Assembly: GCA_938074535.1 (NCBI GenBank)
Contig: CALJER010000019.1
Coordinates: 1-10,748, forward strand
DNA length: 10,748 bases
Direction of reading: 5' to 3'
Source of the DNA: an uncultured archaeon
GTDB taxonomy: Archaea; Hadarchaeota; Hadarchaeia; Hadarchaeales; WYZ-LMO6
In this document: piece after piece, positions 1 to 7,126 of the stretch
How positions within the stretch are numbered: the stretch's first letter is position 1
How the letters are laid out: each line of letters starts with the position of its first letter
Translations under genes and position numbers: made by a program
The notes under the pieces: model-generated
Told to the model about the DNA's origin: nothing
Seen by the model: the letters and a program-made list of their open reading frames with translations, nothing else
Database searches by the model: none

Positions 1-437
1 TGGACCGCTCCCTCATGGAGGGCAACCCCCACTCCGTCCTGGAGGGCCTGGTCATAGGGGCCTACGCCATAGGCTCCCACCAGGGCTACATCTACGTGAG
101 GGAGGAGTACCCCCTGGCCGTGGAGAACGTGAGCAGGGCGATAGAGCAGGCCAGGGAGGCGGGCCTGCTGGGGGAGGACATCCTGGGCTCAGGCTTCGAC
201 TTCGACGTGGAGGTCCACAGGGGGGCGGGGGCCTTCGTCTCCGGGGAGTCCAGCGCCCTCATGACGGCCATAGAGGGGAGGGTGGGGGAGCCCAGGCCCA
301 AGTACATCCACACGGCCGTGAGGGGGATCCACGACAGGCCCTCCTGCCTGAACAACGTGGAGACCTGGGCCAACGTTCCCCTCATCGTCCTGAACGGCGC
401 CGGGTGGTTCAGGAGGATGGGGACCGAGGGGTCGTGA
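1..437 (+). pseudogene. nuoF: NuoF/HydB-like flavoprotein (NADH/FMN-binding) subunit; 5' part lies outside the window, 3' end prematurely truncated
   Basis: Frame is open from the window edge: [18 protein letters not shown]...[46 protein letters not shown]...GA.WF..MGTEGS. These are Complex I 51-kDa domain motifs. It stops at TGA 435-437, where family members normally continue into the SLBB and 4Fe-4S domains. Confidence 0.85.
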
Positions 438-990
438 GGGCCAGGGAGGGGATGACCGTGCTCCAGGCGGCCAGGGAGGCGGGAATAGAGATTCCCACCC
501 TCTGCTACCACGAGGAGATGGAGCCCTACGGGGCCTGCAGGGTCTGCGTGGTGGAGGTGGAGAGGGGAGGGAGGTCCAGAACCGTGGCCCCCTGCTGCTA
601 TCCCGCGGAGGAAGGCCTGAAGGTGAGGACGAGGACCCCCAAGATCGACAGGGTGAGGAAGACCATCCTGGAGCTGGCGGCCGTCACCGCCGGGGAGGAT
701 GTGGGGGGGAGGTCAGGGCACTGGCCCACCACTACGGGGCGGACCTCTCCCGCTTCGCCTCCCTGAACCTGGTGGAGCCCAGCAGGTGCATCCTCTGCGG
801 CCTCTGCGTGAGGCGCTGCATGGAGGCCCAGTGGGACAACGCCATAGACTTCGTGGGCGGAGGGGTGGAGAGGAGGGTGGCGCTGATGCCCGGGAAGGAA
901 GAAGCCTGCAAGACGTGCTCCTACTGCTACAGGCTCTGCCCCACGGGGAGGATCGCCTCCTTCGGACCCCATCCGCCCTTCTCCCTTTAG
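434..990 (+). pseudogene. NuoG/HydA N-terminal-like iron-sulfur protein (2Fe-2S + 2[4Fe-4S]), frameshifted at the G7 run 703-709
   Basis: First frame gives EGMTVLQAAREAGIEIPTLCYH....YGACRVCVVEV.......PCCYP..EGLKVRT. A second frame from ~709 gives EVRALAHHYGADLSRF...RCILCGLCVRRC...CKTCSYCYRLCPTG, ending at TAG 988-990. One extra G in the run joins the two. The start (GTG 434) is uncertain because the usual N-terminal 'TIDG' strand is missing. Confidence 0.8.
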
Positions 991-1653
991 CTATCCCAGC
1001 TCCAGCAGCAGGAAGGTCAGGGTTCTGTCCAGCCAGAAGCGCATCAGGTCCAGAAGGGGTCCGTCCGTCCTCCACATGTAGACCCCGTAGGTCCTTGGCT
1101 CCTTTCCGGGGGAGAGGGGCACGATCCTTGGGAGCTCCCCCAGCTTCTGGCTCTCGGGGAGCTCCCTCAGCTCCTCCGTCAGTTCGTTGAAGGACTGCAG
1201 GAGCTCTTCCACCGAACGCTCCCCCCCCGCCGCCCTCTCCACCCCTATGGAGAGCTCCATGGCCCTCAGGAGGAGCCGGTACCTCGCGGAGAGCCTGGGG
1301 TCGTTCAGCTCCCCCCTCACCTTGTCCAGGTTCTCCAGCGCCCATCCCCAGAACCTGTACCGCAGGAGCCCCTCCCTCTCCTCCAGCTCCCTCCTGGCCT
1401 CCGCTATCCTCTTCAGCTCCCCCATCAGCTCCTTCCTCTCCTCCTCCGCCAGTTCGCTTATCCCGCGGGAGGTGATGCGCGTTCTTCTCCCCTCCTCCTC
1501 GATGAGGCCCTTCAGGCGCAGTTCCCTCAGCTCCTCCTCCAGCCTGGATTCCTCCAGGCGCAGGCGCGAGGCCAGGTGCTCGAAATCCAGGCAGCGGGGA
1601 TGGACCTCCCTCAGAACCTTCAGGATTTCTCTCCTGCGGGCCTCCCGGGGCAT
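991..1653 (-). CDS. Hypothetical protein with an N-terminal winged helix-turn-helix followed by a helical/coiled region
   Basis: 220-aa ORF with host-like codon usage and a GGAG SD-like motif at 1659-1662 (minus strand). The N-terminus RREILKVL....LDFEHLASRL.......EELRELRLKGLIEEEG..TRITSRG follows a wHTH pattern. I do not recognise the C-terminus. Confidence 0.75.
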   Translation of the reverse strand: MPREARRREILKVLREVHPRCLDFEHLASRLRLEESRLEEELRELRLKGLIEEEGRRTRITSRGISELAEEERKELMGELKRIAEARRELEEREGLLRYRFWGWALENLDKVRGELNDPRLSARYRLLLRAMELSIGVERAAGGERSVEELLQSFNELTEELRELPESQKLGELPRIVPLSPGKEPRTYGVYMWRTDGPLLDLMRFWLDRTLTFLLLELG

Positions 1654-1688
1654 CCCTTCTCCTGCCTGCGGGAGGGAAAAAGGCTTCC

Positions 1689-1696
1689 CTTATATC
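1689..1696 (-). promoter_or_regulatory. Putative TATA box for the wHTH gene
   Basis: GATATAAG on the minus strand, about 36-43 nt upstream of ATG 1653, in an AT-rich island. Confidence 0.45.
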
Positions 1697-1718
1697 CGTA
1701 TTTACTTTTCGAAGCTTC

Positions 1719-1781
1719 TTTTCCTCCTCTCCCCTCCGGGGGAGCCCTCCCCCTCCCGTTCAGGAGGGGGAAGGGGGAAAA
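1719..1781. repeat. Imperfect 19-bp inverted repeat between the divergent promoters
   Basis: TTTTCCTCCTCTCCCCTCC (1719-1737) versus GGAGGGGGAAGGGGGAAAA (1763-1781): 16/19 Watson-Crick complementary. Confidence 0.55.
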
Positions 1782-1789
1782 CTTCTTGA

Positions 1790-1797
1790 TTTATATA
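1790..1797 (+). promoter_or_regulatory. TATA box for sudBA/nfnAB (probably a leaderless transcript)
   Basis: Consensus TTTATATA about 25-32 nt upstream of ATG 1822, with no SD in between. Confidence 0.7.
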
Positions 1798-1821
1798 GGA
1801 AGGCCGCACAAAGTTTTGTCG

Positions 1822-4088
<2,267 letters not shown>

Positions 4089-4096
4089 GAGCCATC

Positions 4097-4104
4097 TTTT
4101 TAAA
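4097..4104 (+). promoter_or_regulatory. Putative TATA box for the PRC-barrel gene (the T-tract may also terminate the sudBA transcript)
   Basis: TTTTTAAA lies just after the sudA stop and about 19-26 nt before TTG 4123. Confidence 0.5.
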
Positions 4105-4122
4105 TCCGGAAAGGGGAGCTGG

Positions 4123-4524
4123 TTGGGGGAAAGCTTGGGACAGGTGCTGGCGAGCAGGCTGCGGGGCATGACGGTGGTGACGGACAGGGGGCTGAACCTG
4201 GGCAGGCTCTCCGACCTGATCATGGACGAGAACACGGGCGCCATCCTCTCCCTGGTGGTGAAGCCCGCGGAGAAGGGAATGCTGGACAGCCTTCCTAAGG
4301 ACGACAGGGGCCTGCCCGTGATCGCCTACAGCTCCGTGATAGCGATCAAGGAGCTCATCGTGGTGAACGAGAGGGTGCTGGCCATCCACCAGATGAAGGC
4401 CTCCGGGGCGGGTGTTTCCCTGCCTGGTCCACCGCCCGCGGGGACCGCCACGTCTCCCGCCGCTCCACCGGCCGAAGCGGGTCAGACGGGTCCGGGGGGG
4501 CAGGGCCAGGCCCCTTCCGCCTGA
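4123..4524 (+). CDS. PRC-barrel domain protein (CdpB-like) with a Pro/Ala/Gly-rich C-terminal tail
   Basis: LAS.L.G..VVT..G..LG.L.DL..D..TGAI.SLVV.P...I.YS.V.AI.E.IVV is the archaeal PRC-barrel pattern. The start codon (TTG 4123 or a later TTG/GTG) is uncertain. Confidence 0.85.
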   Translation: MGESLGQVLASRLRGMTVVTDRGLNLGRLSDLIMDENTGAILSLVVKPAEKGMLDSLPKDDRGLPVIAYSSVIAIKELIVVNERVLAIHQMKASGAGVSLPGPPPAGTATSPAAPPAEAGQTGPGGQGQAPSA

Positions 4525-4525
4525 G

Positions 4526-5215
4526 CTACCACCCCACGAACAGACGGGAGGCGAGCTCCTGGGGCAGCCCGGCCTTCCTTATTCCCTCCGCCGCCTCCCC
4601 GATGTCGTACTCCACCCTGCCGAACTCGGCCTCCGCCTCCCCGTCCTCCACCGTGAGCACCAGGTAGCTGGCCCTGGGGTCCCTGTCCCTGGGCTGCCCC
4701 ACCCCTCCAGGATTCAGCACCAGCTTTCCCTGGACGAGCCTGCGCATGGGCACGTGCGTGTGCCCCAGCACGATCACCTCCGCCTCGACCTTCCTCACCA
4801 GCTCCAGCAGGGAGTGCTGGGGGAGGTCGGGGAAGACGTACTCGAAGAGGGGGTCGCGGGGGGAGCCGTGCACCACGTAGAGCCTCACCCCCTCCCTGGT
4901 CAGCCTGAGCTCCTCCGGGAGGGAGCGCAGGTACTTCCGGTTGGCCTCCGTGAGCCTCTCCCTCGTCCAGAGGGCGGCCCTGCGGGCGGAGGGGTTGAAC
5001 CACTCCACCTCCCCCGTGACCGCCGCGTAGTCGTGGTTCCCCATCACGGTGGGGATGCCCCTCGCGCGGAAGAGGTCCACCACCTCGTTGGGCTGGGAGG
5101 CGTAGCCCACCAGGTCCCCGGCGCACAGGAGCTCGTCCACCCTCCCCATGTCCTCCAGCACCGCCCTCAGGGCGGGGAGGTTGGAGTGGATGTCAGAGAG
5201 CACCCCTATCCTCAT
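4526..5215 (-). CDS. Calcineurin-like metallophosphoesterase (Metallophos_2 type)
   Basis: Motifs SDIHSN, AGDLVGY, GNHD, HGSP, GHTH.P, NPGGVGQPRD. ATG 5215 overlaps the elp3 stop (ATGA). Confidence 0.92.
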   Translation of the reverse strand: MRIGVLSDIHSNLPALRAVLEDMGRVDELLCAGDLVGYASQPNEVVDLFRARGIPTVMGNHDYAAVTGEVEWFNPSARRAALWTRERLTEANRKYLRSLPEELRLTREGVRLYVVHGSPRDPLFEYVFPDLPQHSLLELVRKVEAEVIVLGHTHVPMRRLVQGKLVLNPGGVGQPRDRDPRASYLVLTVEDGEAEAEFGRVEYDIGEAAEGIRKAGLPQELASRLFVGW

Positions 5216-6603
5216 CTCCCCACCTCCCTGCACATGTACGGTCCCTCCCTCCTGTACCCCAGCCTCCTGTAGTACTCCCTCACCCCTATCCCGGAGAGCA
5301 CGGCCACCTTCTCCTTCCCCCTCTCCGCCGCCAGGTGCTCGGCCTCCTCCAGCAGGGACCTTCCCAGTCCCCGGTGCTGCCAGGCCCCCTCCTTTGGGTC
5401 CTCGCCCACCGGCACCAGGGGACCGTAAACGTGCAGCTCCCTCACCACCGCCGCCCCCTCCAGCTCGGGGCGGTGGGGCCTGGAGGGGAGCCTGAGCCTG
5501 AGGAGGGCCACGAGCACGTCCTTCTCAGGGGCCTCCCAGCTCAGGAAGAGCTCTTCGCCCCCTGAGGCCCTGTAGCCCCTCCTCACCAGCTCCAGCTCCT
5601 CCTGGCGCAGCTCGCCCCTGAAGCGCCCCACCTCCCTGCAGCGGATGCAGCGGCAGCGCAGGCCCAGGGAGGCCATTCTCTGCTGGACCAGGGCCCTCAG
5701 GTCCCCCCTCTCGGGCCCCGCGGAGACCAGGTCCAGGGGGATGTCCCTCTGCACGCGCTGGATCCTCACCCAGGGAGGGACCAGCAGCTTGATCTTCAGC
5801 AGAAGGTCCACCAGCTCCTCCGTGGGGTAGGGACGGTACTCGCCCCCCTCCCACCTGCGGTGCAGCTCCGTCCCGGGCAGGACCAGCGTGGGGTAGAGCT
5901 TCACGGCGTCCGGCCTGAAGGCCTCATGCTCAAAGACCCTCCTGCACATCTCGAGGTCCTTCTGGGGGTCGGAGCCCGGGAGGCCGAGCATCAGGTGGTA
6001 GACCAGGGCCAGCCCCGCGTCCCTGGCCGTCCCGGTGGCCTCCTCCACCTCCCTCACCCCGTGCCCCCTCCCCGCCTCCCTCAGGATCCCCTCGTCCAGG
6101 ATCTGCACCCCCAGCTCCACCCTGGTGGCCCCCAGCTCCAGCATCAGGTCCACGTGCTCCTCCCGGCACCAGTCCGGCCTGGTCTCCATTCCCAGGTCGC
6201 TCACCCTCACCCCCGCCGTCTCCGCCCTGGCCTGCGCCTCCTCCAGGGTGGAGGAGCGGGTTCCCGTGAGGGCGTCCAGGCACTCCTTCACGAACCACCT
6301 GAGGTACTCCCTGGGGTAGGAGGTGAGGGTCCCGCCGAAGAGGAGGAGCTCCACCTTGTCCACCCTGTGCCCCATCTCCCCGAGCTGCTCCACCCTGCTC
6401 CTCACCTGTAGGTAGGGGTCGTAGCCGTGCTGGAGGGCCCGGGCCGAGGCCGGCTCCCTCCCCGTGTAGGACTGCGGGACGCCCCGTTCCGGTCCCCCCG
6501 GGCAGTACGCGCACCTCCCGTGGGGACAGGGGCGTGGCTCCACCATGGCGGTGATCACGCACACCCCGCTCAGGCTGCGCACGGGTTTCCTCAGGACCTG
6601 CAT
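5212..6603 (-). CDS. elp3: tRNA uridine(34) acetyltransferase Elp3 (radical SAM + GNAT)
   Basis: Motifs CPHGRCAYCPGG, PQSYTG.EP, ETRPD, TRVELGVQ, KLYPTLV, RIQRVQRDIP, CRCIRCREVG, VRELHVYG, WQHRGLG, SGIGVREYYR.LGY...GPYM. Confidence 0.96.
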   Translation of the reverse strand: MQVLRKPVRSLSGVCVITAMVEPRPCPHGRCAYCPGGPERGVPQSYTGREPASARALQHGYDPYLQVRSRVEQLGEMGHRVDKVELLLFGGTLTSYPREYLRWFVKECLDALTGTRSSTLEEAQARAETAGVRVSDLGMETRPDWCREEHVDLMLELGATRVELGVQILDEGILREAGRGHGVREVEEATGTARDAGLALVYHLMLGLPGSDPQKDLEMCRRVFEHEAFRPDAVKLYPTLVLPGTELHRRWEGGEYRPYPTEELVDLLLKIKLLVPPWVRIQRVQRDIPLDLVSAGPERGDLRALVQQRMASLGLRCRCIRCREVGRFRGELRQEELELVRRGYRASGGEELFLSWEAPEKDVLVALLRLRLPSRPHRPELEGAAVVRELHVYGPLVPVGEDPKEGAWQHRGLGRSLLEEAEHLAAERGKEKVAVLSGIGVREYYRRLGYRREGPYMCREVGR

Positions 6604-6623
6604 CCCCCTTCCTTCCCCTCCCG

Positions 6624-6634
6624 GAGATAAAGGG
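6624..6634. promoter_or_regulatory. 11-bp direct repeat, copy 1 (GAGATAAAGGG); TATA-like and probably bidirectional
   Basis: Identical to 7096-7106. Reads TTTATCT on the minus strand, with 20 nt between the repeat and the elp3 ATG. Confidence 0.6.
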
Positions 6635-6653
6635 GCTGGGGCGGAGGCTGGCC

Positions 6654-7058
6654 GTCGAGGGAGGGTGAGGCGCGGTGAGCCGGAGGGCCGAGGATGGGGA
6701 AGGTGCCAGTGCGCCCCGCTCTCCCTCCCGGGTCCACAGGGGAAGACTTTTTAGGGGACCGGCCGCGGAAGCCCCTGGGTGGCTCAGGCAGGCGGGTAAA
6801 CGGCCGTGCCGGATCAGGACAGGCAGTTCAGGCCGGGTGGAGGGCGAGCCAGCCGCCCGTCGGAGCCCTCCCTAGGAAGCATGCACGTGACCCGGGACAG
6901 GGATTCGGAATACCATATCGGCATTCAGAGCACCGGCGCCGGTGGCCCCGTTCAGCGCGCCCCAGGCCTCTCCGGAGGTCTAGGTTTTTTGGCTCCCGGG
7001 GGAGCCGGAGCGTAAGGCGCCTCAGGAGAGTTCACCGGGGCCTCACCCTTCCCTGGAC
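6654..7058 (+). ncRNA. Candidate ~405-nt structured non-coding RNA of unknown family
   Basis: The ends 6654-6680 and 7030-7058 form a ~25-bp interrupted stem. There are several internal hairpins whose G-U pairs favour the + strand, and a cUCCGg tetraloop. No credible CDS is present. The 5' end begins about 20 nt after TATA-like copy 1. Confidence 0.5.
6964..6990 (+). terminator. Hairpin with a UNCG tetraloop followed by T6 (terminator-like, or an internal element of the candidate RNA)
   Basis: AGGCCTC-TCCG-GAGGTCT (6964-6981), then AGG-TTTTTT (T run 6985-6990). Confidence 0.4.
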
Positions 7059-7095
7059 CCAGCTCTCCCCCAGTTTTCCGCCCTCCTTTCCCCCT

Positions 7096-7106
7096 GAGAT
7101 AAAGGG
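7096..7106. promoter_or_regulatory. 11-bp direct repeat, copy 2 (GAGATAAAGGG); putative hel308 TATA box
   Basis: Identical to 6624-6634, with 20 nt between the repeat and hel308 ATG 7127. Confidence 0.6.
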
Positions 7107-7126
7107 AGGGGGGAGAAAGGGGAAGG

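Noticed and set aside
435-437. TGA read as selenocysteine or readthrough in nuoF
   Set aside because: The sequence beyond the TGA in that frame is not NuoF-like; the downstream DNA encodes the 2Fe-2S protein in another frame
1576-1821. N-terminal extension of sudB in the ORF track (likewise 2484-2648 for sudA and 5216-5233 for the phosphoesterase)
   Set aside because: These extensions overlap other genes or promoters; family similarity begins at 1822, 2649 and 5215
6828-6853. SRP RNA helix 8 look-alike (TCAGGCCGGGTGGAGGGCGAGCCAGC)
   Set aside because: It lacks the CAGG-stem-GNRA-stem-AGCAG geometry, and no Alu-domain UGUAA is present
6709-7030. Group II intron remnant (GTGCG at 6709; GAGCCGGA..GCG at 7002)
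   Set aside because: The 3' side of domain V (AC bulge, CGGUUC) and domain VI are absent, and there is no RT ORF
6632-7075. Archaeal RNase P RNA (size, terminal stem and a GUAAACGGCCG segment at ~6796-6806 are reminiscent)
   Set aside because: I found no GAGGAA(A/G)NUCC 5' P4 motif and no ACAGAANNNGGCU(U/A)A 3' motif on either strand; a cmscan would settle it
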